This document shows, one piece after another, positions 1 through 8,925 of a stretch of DNA of 64,000 nucleotides. The stretch covers positions 207 through 64,206 of the forward strand of contig JAYGFA010000047.1 in assembly GCA_046582115.1 (NCBI GenBank). Reading direction: 5' to 3'. The notes under the pieces were generated by a model that saw nothing but the letters and a program-made list of their open reading frames with translations, was not told the DNA's origin and ran no database searches. The position numbers and the translations under genes were made by a program. Position 1 is the first letter of the stretch. Each line of letters starts with the position of its first letter. The stretch is from Pseudomonadales bacterium. GTDB lineage: Bacteria > Pseudomonadota > Gammaproteobacteria > Pseudomonadales > Azotimanducaceae.

Positions 1-1042
1 AACAATCAATACTCACTCCAATCGGCTTCGATTGCATGATGGAGGCACGCGTGCGACTCCACGAAGGAACGAAACATGAGTGTCCGCCCGCATCGCCGCC
101 CGCAACCAAGAGAAGTATATCTTCGCGCCCGAAACCTCGATGCACGTGTTCGGTTCCTTGGCGCACATGTTCCCTCTCGACGTATTTTCCCACCCGCCGC
201 ATGACCTCAACGGTCTGGTTCGCTTGGGTGAATAGGTACTGGCAGACGTCGGCACGGCTCCAGCCCGTACTCGCGACAATGTCTGCGTGTTCCGGTGACA
301 ACACCACCACGGACTGCCCGATAGTGATGCAGCCAAGGCTGGCCATCGCATCCGCAACACAATCCAAAATCGACTCAGGCGAATAGCCTCCATGGTTTTC
401 AACGTTGCAGAAGCCAGAACCTGCAAACACCGTCACGCTCGAAATGTCTTCGCCATAACCGAGCTCGAGGTGCAATGCATCCCACGGGCTCGACTCGGCG
501 CGCTCGGCGATGCATGAGGCGTATTTGCCGGGATAACCTTGGGTCGACTGATCGGAGATACCGGGCAGCATTTCGAATACGTTCATGATAATGAGCCGCA
601 TCGCCCGTCCAATGGTAGCGTTGGCTCGATTCCCCGGCCCGAATACGTTGCCCGCCGAATTCATGCCCAACTCACGAACGACCGGCCCGCTCACAATGAC
701 CATGGGCGCCGAGCCACCGGTGCTCGCCGTCGATGCGTGAAAACTGTAATCGGGCTCATTAACAGCTTCTAGGGCGGCGACAACGACCGGGAAATACTCG
801 GGTAAACAACCCGCCATCACGGCGTTCACCGCTGCGCCGTGAAGACTGCACTCAAGCCCCGTGGTGGAATGATTCGCGATCACCGTCTCGGGTGGACGCC
901 CTTCCATTGCCAGCATGGCCTCGACCCGACTACGTTCAGGCGGTACCACGGGTAATCCGTCTGTCCAACCTCGTTCGTAACAGTAATCGATCGCTGCGAG
1001 GGCATCGTCCTCGACTTCGTGGACGCCCCCGGTTGCAGCCAT
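1..1042 (-). CDS. conserved hypothetical protein; C-terminus lies beyond the window start
   Basis: Absent from the ORF track because there is no stop in the window. My translation from ATG 1042 (MAATGGVHEVEDDALAAIDYCYERGWTDGLPVVPPE...) stays open down to position 2. SD AAGGAGG lies 5 nt upstream (1048-1054). Confidence 0.7.
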   Translation of the reverse strand, partial: MAATGGVHEVEDDALAAIDYCYERGWTDGLPVVPPERSRVEAMLAMEGRPPETVIANHSTTGLECSLHGAAVNAVMAGCLPEYFPVVVAALEAVNEPDYSFHASTASTGGSAPMVIVSGPVVRELGMNSAGNVFGPGNRANATIGRAMRLIIMNVFEMLPGISDQSTQGYPGKYASCIAERAESSPWDALHLELGYGEDISSVTVFAGSGFCNVENHGGYSPESILDCVADAMASLGCITIGQSVVVLSPEHADIVASTGWSRADVCQYLFTQANQTVEVMRRVGKYVEREHVRQGTEHVHRGFGREDILLLVAGGDAGGHSCFVPSWSRTRASIMQSKPIGVSIDC

Positions 1043-1135
1043 ACGCACCTCCTTGACGGGTTCTACCCGCGCTACGTGACCTCCTGCTCTGCAACCGGCA
1101 ATATGCGCGCTGGGTCGATTGCAGCGACAGATTTC

Positions 1136-2005
1136 ATGAAGGAAGAGATTACCATTTGGAGTGAGGGCGCGCGCCTCGCCGCTGACCTATTCATTCCAGA
1201 TCGAACAAGCGACGACGGCGGGTATCCGGCAATTCTTCTTTGCCACGGTTGGGCTGGCCCCAAAGCGCACCTGAGTACCACGTATGCGCCCTTTTTCTGC
1301 GAGGCTGGATTCGCCTGTCTCACATTCGATTATCGTGGTTGGTATGAAAGCGATGCGCGATTAGCGACGCCCGACGCCCAGCCGTCCACCGACGCTGACG
1401 GTTTAATCACCGTACGCGCCTACCCGGTCCGTGAAGTCGTGGATCCGCTCGATCAAAATCGAGATATCCACAACGTCCTCGATTACTTCCTGGATGATCC
1501 CCGGATCAACTCCAAACGCGTGGGCCTCTGGGGATCAAGTTTTGGCGGAGGCCACGTCATTTTCGTCGCTGGAACCGATCCAAGAATACGTGCCGTTGTC
1601 AGTCAGGTGCCTGGGATGGGTGGCCTGCCGGACGGCGATGGCCATCCAACCGTGCCAGCCGAAGGCCAGGCACTGGGGGCTGCCATGGCGAAAGGTCAAC
1701 TGTGGTCGGCACCACGATCTCCGGATATGCCAGAATCGCTCAAGGGCGCCGGCGACAGCCGCACCATGTGGCGCCATCTTCCACGCGTCGCTGCCCGCAC
1801 CATCCGTGTGCCTACGCTTATTCTCGATCAAGAAGACGAAGAATACGGGGGTCGCGAAAACGCCGGTATGGCAGCCCGCAAGGCACTACCTCTAACCACG
1901 ACGTCGCGGTATCACGTCTTTCCTGGGGGCCATTACGATATTTACGACAAAAACTATCGCGAGGCCTCATCGATGGCCCGGGACTGGTTCCTTGAACATC
2001 TTTGA
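1136..2005 (+). CDS. alpha/beta hydrolase (dienelactone-hydrolase-like)
   Basis: ORF 1019..2005. Nucleophile elbow GSSFGG and CHGWAGPK are present. The start is moved to ATG 1136 (alternative 1103) because the divergent gene starts at 1042. Start uncertain. Confidence 0.7.
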   Translation: MKEEITIWSEGARLAADLFIPDRTSDDGGYPAILLCHGWAGPKAHLSTTYAPFFCEAGFACLTFDYRGWYESDARLATPDAQPSTDADGLITVRAYPVREVVDPLDQNRDIHNVLDYFLDDPRINSKRVGLWGSSFGGGHVIFVAGTDPRIRAVVSQVPGMGGLPDGDGHPTVPAEGQALGAAMAKGQLWSAPRSPDMPESLKGAGDSRTMWRHLPRVAARTIRVPTLILDQEDEEYGGRENAGMAARKALPLTTTSRYHVFPGGHYDIYDKNYREASSMARDWFLEHL

Positions 2006-2928
2006 TTTGGGCCCGTGACGTGACGCGGTTTCACCAGTCACATATCGATCACTATCGAGATCACGGCTTCGCCATTGTGGAGAACTTTCTCACACCCGAC
2101 GAGATGGACGGTGCCCGTGAGGATCTCACCAACACCCTACCCGGGTGGATCGAGTACTGTGACGATCCCAGTTTACCGAAACCCGAGGGCTGGGAGAGCG
2201 GGCGCATTCCCGGGCAGGGGCCTACGCGATTTCCGTACACCGGTACGGTTTTGAACAACATCACCCTACATCCTGAACTGCAGGCGTTTGCTGCACAGAT
2301 GATGGGACACAACGATCTCTACTGTGAACAGTCGCACCTTAGTGTCAAATGCAAGGGACACCCCGGCGACCGAGACCAAGGCATGCACTGCGACTTCGGC
2401 AACCACACATTGGCGTATCCACCCGACGATCCCAAGTACTGGCAGACCGCCTACTTGCTTTATTACACGGACGTTTCTGCGGACCACGCGCCAACGGCCG
2501 TGTGTTCTTGGACGCACTACCCAGAAAAACTCCGATGGCCCGCTCATTACTCACGAGAAGATCGAGCGGAGCTGTACGACAACGAAATCAAAGTTGTGGT
2601 GCCCGCGGGTTCACTGCTCGCGTATAGCATGCGTACGTTTCATCGGGGCACACCGTTTAATGGGGACGTCGGTCGCATCAGCCAATTTGTCACCTACGCC
2701 CCAGCCGCGTGGAAGTGGCTGGGGATCGTCGGTTGGTCTGCCGAGGCAATACGACCGGAATTCCGTCAGTGGATGGAAGGTGCCTCGCCAGAAGACCGTA
2801 CCCTACTCGGTTTTCCAGCCCCAGGACACGAGTATTGGACACCCGAAACACTGGAAGGCGTCGCAGCCCGTTATCCTGCCATGGATATGACACCGTACGA
2901 ACGCGCGATGCACGAAAAAAAGTCCTAG
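2002..2928 (+). CDS. phytanoyl-CoA dioxygenase (PhyH) family Fe(II)/2OG oxygenase
   Basis: PhyH-like N-terminus HIDHYRDHGFAIVENFLTPDEM and an H-x-D (HCDF) facial-triad region. The TTG start overlaps the upstream stop (TTGA). Alternative GTG at 2020. Confidence 0.7.
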   Translation: MIWARDVTRFHQSHIDHYRDHGFAIVENFLTPDEMDGAREDLTNTLPGWIEYCDDPSLPKPEGWESGRIPGQGPTRFPYTGTVLNNITLHPELQAFAAQMMGHNDLYCEQSHLSVKCKGHPGDRDQGMHCDFGNHTLAYPPDDPKYWQTAYLLYYTDVSADHAPTAVCSWTHYPEKLRWPAHYSREDRAELYDNEIKVVVPAGSLLAYSMRTFHRGTPFNGDVGRISQFVTYAPAAWKWLGIVGWSAEAIRPEFRQWMEGASPEDRTLLGFPAPGHEYWTPETLEGVAARYPAMDMTPYERAMHEKKS

Positions 2929-2969
2929 GTCTATAACGCCACCGATCTGCGAGGAGGCTAGAATGTCGT

Positions 2970-3785
2970 ATGGCTACTAACGTACACAAATCCGCCGAGG
3001 TTCATCCCGACGCGGAAATCGGTGACGATTGCAATATCGGCCCCTTCTGTACAGTCGGAGCCTACGTCACCATCGGAAGCAACACTACGCTTCGATCCCA
3101 CGTTGTGGCTGATGGGCATACTTCCATCGGCCAGGACTGCGATGTATTTCCCTTCGTAACCCTTGGGGTCCAGTCGCAGGACCTCAAATACGTCCCAGGT
3201 GCCATAACTTATGCCCGCATCGGTCACCGCAATATTATCCGCGAATACGTTTCCATCCATAGCGGTACCGAAGAGAATTCTGAGACCGTTCTCGGCAATG
3301 ACTGCGCGCTGCTCGCGCAGTCTCACATCGCCCACAACTGCGTCGTCGGCAACCACGTTACGCTGAGCCACCAGGTCTCTTTAGGGGGCCACGTGACGAT
3401 AGGTGACTACGCCAATTTGGGAGGGTTGAGTGGCGTCCATCAGTTTTGCCACGTTGGCCGCGCCGCAATGATCGCGGGTATGGCGAAAGCGACTCAGGAC
3501 GTTCTCCCGTATACCATCGCTGACGGTAACCCCGCACGCATGCGCGTGATCAACAAGATTGGGATGGAACGAGCTGGGTATCCGGACCAAGCCATCGCCG
3601 AGGTCCGCCGCGCTTTTCGTACGCTGTTTATGCGTGAATTGCGGCTGGAGGATGCCGTTCACAAAGTTGAAAAGGACCTAGGTGAACACCCCCACATTCG
3701 TTTGTTGCTCGACGCCATCACCAGCTCGCAGCGTGGGATCGCGCGTCCCGAATCATCGACATTCGAAATCAACGTCAGTAATTAG
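2970..3785 (+). CDS. lpxA: acyl-ACP--UDP-N-acetylglucosamine O-acyltransferase (LpxA-like), outside the usual lpxD-fabZ-lpxA-lpxB context
   Basis: Left-handed beta-helix hexapeptide repeats, the catalytic-His region SHIAHNC, GGLSGVHQFCHVG, and a C-terminal helical domain alignable by eye to E. coli LpxA over the full length. Confidence 0.8.
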   Translation: MATNVHKSAEVHPDAEIGDDCNIGPFCTVGAYVTIGSNTTLRSHVVADGHTSIGQDCDVFPFVTLGVQSQDLKYVPGAITYARIGHRNIIREYVSIHSGTEENSETVLGNDCALLAQSHIAHNCVVGNHVTLSHQVSLGGHVTIGDYANLGGLSGVHQFCHVGRAAMIAGMAKATQDVLPYTIADGNPARMRVINKIGMERAGYPDQAIAEVRRAFRTLFMRELRLEDAVHKVEKDLGEHPHIRLLLDAITSSQRGIARPESSTFEINVSN

Positions 3786-3811
3786 TACGCCGCCGCCGGC
3801 ATGACACGACC

Positions 3812-5824
3812 ATGACGACCCGTTGGGGCATTCTTGCGACGGGGCGCATTGCCAAGACTCTGGCCGACGCGGTGTTTGCCTCGGAGACCTGGGAGCTTGT
3901 TGCAGTCGGCAGCCGAACCCTCGCTAAAGCGGATGAGTTTGCGAGCAACTATGAAGGACTAACAGCCCATGGGTCGTACCAGGACCTCATCGACGATCCT
4001 GATGTCGATGCTCTTTACGTCGCGACGCCCCACCCACAACACGCTGAATGGACCATCAAAGCGCTCGAAGCCGGGAAAGCTGTCCTCTGCGAAAAGCCCA
4101 TGGCCGTGAATCACCCCCAGGTCATGGCGATGGTACAAAAGGCTTCGGACACTCAAACCTTTCTTATGGAAGCGTTTATGTACCGGACGCATCCGCAAAC
4201 GCAGCGGCTAATCGATCTCTTACGCGATGGAGCCATCGGCGAAATTCGGCACATTCAAGCGAGCTTTGGTTTTCACGCACCGTTCAACGCCGAGCATCGG
4301 CTGTTCGCAAACGACCTGGCGGGTGGCGGCATTATGGACGTCGGCTGTTATCCGGTATCCACGGCGCGCCTCATCGTGGGCGACGAACCCGAGCGCGTCA
4401 GTGCTCACGGGCGGTTGGGCGAAACCCAGACCGACGCGTTTGCCTCCGCCCTCCTGCACTTTCCGAGTGGCGTCGCGGCACACGTCGTAACCGGGGTGCA
4501 ATTGGGACTCGACAACTCGGTCAGCGTCTTTGGTAGTTCAGGACGCATCCACATCGACCATCCCTGGCTCTGCCCAACCGAATGGTCCTTTGATCTGATT
4601 CGGGGGGGCGAAAGGCAAACCGTTGCCGGGGATGCAAAGCCCGCGTATGTCCACGAAGTCGACGAAGTAGACCGATGTCTCTCGTTGAACCTCACCCAAT
4701 CCAAGACGATGGATTGGCGCGATAGTCTCGCGAACGCACGCGTTCTCGACCAATGGCGAGACGCCATTGGTCTTGAGTTCGACCAAGAAAAACCCGAGCG
4801 CCAAGTGATGCCGGTTCACGGCCGATCGCTGCAAACCGACTCATCAGACATGCGCTACGGCCAGGTTGATGGCATCGACAAACCGGTCTCTCGCCTTGTC
4901 ATGGGCTGCGATAATCAGCCCAACGCCGCCCACGCTTTCGTGATGTTCGACGACTTCTTTGAAGCGGGCGGCAACGTGTTTGACACCGCGTTTATCTACG
5001 GCGGTGGCGCTATGGAACGTTTATTGGGTCATTGGATAATCAATCGCGGACTTCGAGATGAGGTCGTCATCATTGGTAAGGGTGCCCACACACCATTCAA
5101 TTACCCCGAACACGTGCCGACGCAATTAACCGAGAGCCTTGAGCGTCTGCAATCAGACCACCTCGACCTCTATTTCCTGCATCGAGACAACCCGGACGTG
5201 GAGGTTGGCGAGTGGATCGAGGCACTGAACCGTGAACGCGATGTGGGCCGTTTTCGTGCCTTCGGCGCGTCAAACTGGTCGCTGGCCCGGATTCAGGCAG
5301 CCAACGACTACGCCGCCCAACATGGCCTGCAGGGATTTGTCGCGGTCTCCAACAACTTTAGTCTCGCCCAAATGATCGATCCGGTCTGGCCTGGCTGCAT
5401 TGCGGCTAGTGACGACGCGTTTGCAAGGTATCTCGAATCCACTCAGCTCGCCTTGTTTCCGTGGTCGTCGCAAGCGCGTGGTTTTTTTACGGGGCGAGCC
5501 GACACAGTTCGCCAGCAGTTGGAATCTGACATCGATACCAGCTTTGGTAATCAGCCCACTGACGCCGAGATGCAGCGTTGTTGGTTTTCTGATAACAACT
5601 GGAGACGTCGCGACAGGGCCAAGGAACTTGCCAGCGTGCACGGCGTCGAGCCGATTAATATTGCCCTGGCCTACGTTCTTAAGCAGCCGTTCCCGTGCTT
5701 TCCACTCATCGGACCGCGACAACTGTCCGAAACCAGAAGCTCGCTCGGTGCGTTATCGGTCAAACTGAGCGACGACGAACGCCGGTGGCTTAACCTTGAG
5801 TCGACCAAGCGTCCCGCTTCCTGA
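3812..5824 (+). CDS. fusion protein: N-terminal Gfo/Idh/MocA NAD(P) oxidoreductase plus C-terminal aldo/keto reductase
   Basis: N-terminus WGILATGRIA plus EKPMAVN (GFO_IDH_MocA). From about residue 347 (internal ATG 4850) it is AKR-like: VMGCDN..., FDTAFIYGGG, LDLYFLHRD. One uninterrupted 670-aa frame. Confidence 0.8.
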   Translation: MTTRWGILATGRIAKTLADAVFASETWELVAVGSRTLAKADEFASNYEGLTAHGSYQDLIDDPDVDALYVATPHPQHAEWTIKALEAGKAVLCEKPMAVNHPQVMAMVQKASDTQTFLMEAFMYRTHPQTQRLIDLLRDGAIGEIRHIQASFGFHAPFNAEHRLFANDLAGGGIMDVGCYPVSTARLIVGDEPERVSAHGRLGETQTDAFASALLHFPSGVAAHVVTGVQLGLDNSVSVFGSSGRIHIDHPWLCPTEWSFDLIRGGERQTVAGDAKPAYVHEVDEVDRCLSLNLTQSKTMDWRDSLANARVLDQWRDAIGLEFDQEKPERQVMPVHGRSLQTDSSDMRYGQVDGIDKPVSRLVMGCDNQPNAAHAFVMFDDFFEAGGNVFDTAFIYGGGAMERLLGHWIINRGLRDEVVIIGKGAHTPFNYPEHVPTQLTESLERLQSDHLDLYFLHRDNPDVEVGEWIEALNRERDVGRFRAFGASNWSLARIQAANDYAAQHGLQGFVAVSNNFSLAQMIDPVWPGCIAASDDAFARYLESTQLALFPWSSQARGFFTGRADTVRQQLESDIDTSFGNQPTDAEMQRCWFSDNNWRRRDRAKELASVHGVEPINIALAYVLKQPFPCFPLIGPRQLSETRSSLGALSVKLSDDERRWLNLESTKRPAS

Positions 5825-6374
5825 CCACGATCGTTCCCGCGAGGCGGTCATGCAGACAACGCCGCGACGCACCAAAAATGAACGCAGCGTCAATCAGAGG
5901 CACCCACAGCAGAGTCCCTGGGAACGGCCAGGGAATCCCTTCCAATGTGACCTGCCCTAGCTCCGGGATAGGCAGCGAAACAACGCTACCCGGGATGAAC
6001 AGCCAGGTCGCCAAGTTCGCTAACAAAATGAAAACGACGTACCGGTACAGAACTAACTTCTCGGGGGTAGGACGGTGGCCGCTTTCAGAGTCCACAATCT
6101 GCAATCCCAATATCCACTTGCCCACGGTCTGGCCCCGAGTGAACAAGGGAATGCCATTGATCACCAAAAAAATGGCCGTAAACCAGAGCGTCCATTCGAC
6201 AACGACTGGAAGTCCGTTCGGAAGGAAGAAAATAAAGTCGGTGTAGTTGATATCGCCTCGAAAGGCGAAAAAAACGAACGCCACGATCAACACCAACGTA
6301 TCGAACAACGAAGCAAAGAACCGCCGCACACGTCCGGCCGGGTTAACTGTCTCTACCCCAAAACGTGATGACAC
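5790..6374 (-). CDS. RDD family membrane protein
   Basis: RRFFASLFDTLVLIV start, 3-4 hydrophobic helices, and a C-terminal CLHDRLAGTIVV motif typical of the RDD domain. The 3' end overlaps the convergent gene by 35 nt. Confidence 0.75.
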   Translation of the reverse strand: MSSRFGVETVNPAGRVRRFFASLFDTLVLIVAFVFFAFRGDINYTDFIFFLPNGLPVVVEWTLWFTAIFLVINGIPLFTRGQTVGKWILGLQIVDSESGHRPTPEKLVLYRYVVFILLANLATWLFIPGSVVSLPIPELGQVTLEGIPWPFPGTLLWVPLIDAAFIFGASRRCLHDRLAGTIVVRKRDAWSTQG

Positions 6375-6540
6375 GACAGCTACCCTCTCCCCACGCTAAT
6401 CGCACGCATAATTCGATCCGTAAGAGGGAACATTATCGAATTACGCACGCACGCGACAGGCTACGAATTGGAAACCACCTTCGTGCCCGCTAAATTGTCG
6501 TCGTTCTCACTCATGATCTTTCCCCTCAGTTACGATTGCG

Positions 6541-7239
6541 TCAGCGTCCATCGCTCGCAAGTTCAATAGGATCGCCGAACGGTTCGATACATCGTGGTCC
6601 GTTGTTACGCGAATTACTGACAAATGTCGAGACGGGGACCACCGAAAGATCGAACGCCAGTCGGGGTGTCATGAGGTCGGCCAACACCGTCGCGTCTTGA
6701 TCACGCACCATCCACTCGATGGCGCCCGGCTTCGACAGCATCACGGGTTGGCGGCGATGCACAAATTCAAGCTGCGGCGAGGCCGCCGTCGTCACGACGG
6801 TGAAACTCTCGACGATCTCGTCGCTCGTTTTGCTCTGCCAACGATCCCAGAGACTCGCCAACAACATTGCCGAGCCGTCACGTGGTCGGATGTAGTGCGG
6901 GAGCTTGCGGTCGTTCCGCATCGACCATTCGTAAAACCCGGACACCGGCAAAACACAGCGGCGGCGTTCAAACGGGCCCTTGAACGCGTTCGAGCGCGTT
7001 AACGTTTCACTCTTGGCATTGAACATTGCGTAGCGGTTGGACGGCCCGTTCGACCAATGGGGAACCAACCACCACCGCGCGTTCGCGGCCTCGTATGTGC
7101 CTTCGCTATCGGGTCGTATGATCCACGCGTGTGCTGTCGGCGAGGTATTGAAATTATCGTCTCCAGGAAAGGGCTCATTCACCAATTCCATGAAGATCTT
7201 GGTCAGCGGATCACTCGTGACGTTGAACCGTCCGCACAT
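6541..7239 (-). CDS. yedK: SOS response-associated peptidase (SRAP / YedK, abasic-site processing protein)
   Basis: Starts MCGRF, with the catalytic Cys2. Family-typical FNARSETL-like FNAKSETL and FYEW motifs. Confidence 0.9.
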   Translation of the reverse strand: MCGRFNVTSDPLTKIFMELVNEPFPGDDNFNTSPTAHAWIIRPDSEGTYEAANARWWLVPHWSNGPSNRYAMFNAKSETLTRSNAFKGPFERRRCVLPVSGFYEWSMRNDRKLPHYIRPRDGSAMLLASLWDRWQSKTSDEIVESFTVVTTAASPQLEFVHRRQPVMLSKPGAIEWMVRDQDATVLADLMTPRLAFDLSVVPVSTFVSNSRNNGPRCIEPFGDPIELASDGR

Positions 7240-7242
7240 GGG

Positions 7243-8178
7243 CTATCGCACTAACGTTGCGACTTCACGCATCTCGTCCGCGTCAAGCCGCATACCAGCA
7301 CCTTCCACGTTTCTGTGGATCTGCTCTTCACTCGTCGCACCGGCAATGACGCTGGAAACTACCTCAAATGAAAGTAGCCAGCCGAGTGCCAACTCGAGGA
7401 GCGAGCGCGAACGCTCGTCGGCAAAGTTCGCAAGGGCCTCAAGGCGATCAAAGTTGCTATCCGATAACGCCCGGCCGGCGCGTGCGCCGGCATTCGCGAG
7501 CCGTGTCCCTTCCGGTGCAGCTTCACCGCGCACGTATTTCCCAGTTAACAAACCGCTCGCGAGTGGGAAATACGGCAGCATGCCAAGTCCAAAGTGCCGA
7601 CAACCGGGAATGACTTCGTGCACAACCGCCCGCTCGAACAGGTTCATGTGGTTTTGCGCCGACACGAAGCGGGCATAGCCCTCACTCCTGGCCGTCCAGT
7701 CCGCGTCCGCGATCTGCCAACTGGAGAAATTGGACGAGCCGATGTAACGGACCTTGCCGGACCGGACAAGATCATCCAACGCCGAAAGAGTTTCATCGAT
7801 CGGTGTCGCCGGGTCGGGGAAGTGGATTTGGTAGAGGTCAATGTAGTCGGTGCCGAGGCGACCGAGACTCGCTTCCACCGCATTCATGATGTAGCGCCGT
7901 GAACCACCACGAGACAATGCACCGTCACCCATCGCCATTCCAAATTTAGTGGCAACGATGACGTCGGGTCGCTTCGATCCCAGCGCTTTCCCGAGAAACA
8001 CCTCCGAATTGCTACCGCCGTATACGTCGGCGGTATCGAACAAGGTAATGCCATGATCAAGCGCGGCATCGACGACACGCGTGGTACCCGCTTGGTCGAC
8101 CCGACCCCCAAAATTATTGCAACCGAGACCGATCTCACTTACAGATAACCCGCTGTTACCCAATCGTCGAAATTCCAT
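7243..8178 (-). CDS. aldo/keto reductase
   Basis: MEFRRLGNSGLSVSEIGLGCNNFG, FDTADVYG, IDLYQIH. The start is set at internal ATG 8178, which overlaps the upstream stop (TGATG). Confidence 0.85.
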   Translation of the reverse strand: MEFRRLGNSGLSVSEIGLGCNNFGGRVDQAGTTRVVDAALDHGITLFDTADVYGGSNSEVFLGKALGSKRPDVIVATKFGMAMGDGALSRGGSRRYIMNAVEASLGRLGTDYIDLYQIHFPDPATPIDETLSALDDLVRSGKVRYIGSSNFSSWQIADADWTARSEGYARFVSAQNHMNLFERAVVHEVIPGCRHFGLGMLPYFPLASGLLTGKYVRGEAAPEGTRLANAGARAGRALSDSNFDRLEALANFADERSRSLLELALGWLLSFEVVSSVIAGATSEEQIHRNVEGAGMRLDADEMREVATLVR

Positions 8179-8831
8179 CAAATACCCCCGTGTTTGCCAA
8201 CGGCCCAATCGACCGCGCTCAACGCGCCGGCGGCAAATTCTGCCGCGGGTAGCTCCAGTGCTGTTGCCATCGTGTCGTTCCATCGATTCAAGAAACCAAA
8301 CAACGCGATGATGCTGACGATCTGAACGATTTGACGAGAACTGGAGTGCGTCTTCAGAGACTTAAACATCTCGGGCGTCGCCGCGTTCGGGTTCCGGCCA
8401 GCAGCCATCGCTAGTGCCACGATGGTCCGCTCGCTCTCAGAAAAAGCCGGCTCGGTCTCAAACTCCAAAATAGCGTCCAGTTTCGCTCGGTCACCACCAC
8501 GTTCAATCATCTGGTGGGATGTGTGCGCTTGACAGTATCGGCAACCTGCCGCAACGCTCACGGCAAACGCGATGAGCTGAACCAAGTCTGCCGACAAATT
8601 ATCTGACCGACTTAGGTCATCGGCGACGGAGCGTTCAAGCAACGGCATCGCGGACTTCAGGTCGCCACCAAATACCACCGATGTGAGTGCAAAGAACGCT
8701 GCCGGTAGCTGTGGCATGTGAGCCATCGTCAGCATGCTGTTGGGTACGAAGCCCATGGCGGCTTCTGCGCCCGCGAAAATTCCTTTCAGCTCGTCAACCG
8801 CGTCGCGCGGCCTAGGTTCAATGTGTGCCAT
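8178..8831 (-). CDS. carboxymuconolactone decarboxylase (AhpD-like) family protein
   Basis: CRYCQAH motif in an AhpD-like helical protein. Start ATG 8831 is preceded by GGGAGGA. The longer 323-aa ORF overlaps the divergent gene and was rejected. Confidence 0.75.
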   Translation of the reverse strand: MAHIEPRPRDAVDELKGIFAGAEAAMGFVPNSMLTMAHMPQLPAAFFALTSVVFGGDLKSAMPLLERSVADDLSRSDNLSADLVQLIAFAVSVAAGCRYCQAHTSHQMIERGGDRAKLDAILEFETEPAFSESERTIVALAMAAGRNPNAATPEMFKSLKTHSSSRQIVQIVSIIALFGFLNRWNDTMATALELPAAEFAAGALSAVDWAVGKHGGI

Positions 8832-8925
8832 TTTTTTCCTCCCATCGGTCATAATGCCGGGGTTGCTCCAAAACAAAAAGCCGCACACCATTCCGGCTCG
8901 AAGAGTATTCATGAAAGAGGGACGC

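Noticed and set aside
6402-6450. Imperfect inverted repeat (TAATTCGAT ... ATCGAATTA, 17-nt loop) between yedK and the RDD gene. A 17-codon ORF with an SD lies just upstream of it on the minus strand.
   Set aside because: No U-tract follows on the minus strand, so it is not a convincing intrinsic terminator. The stem is short and the mini-ORF has no supporting evidence.
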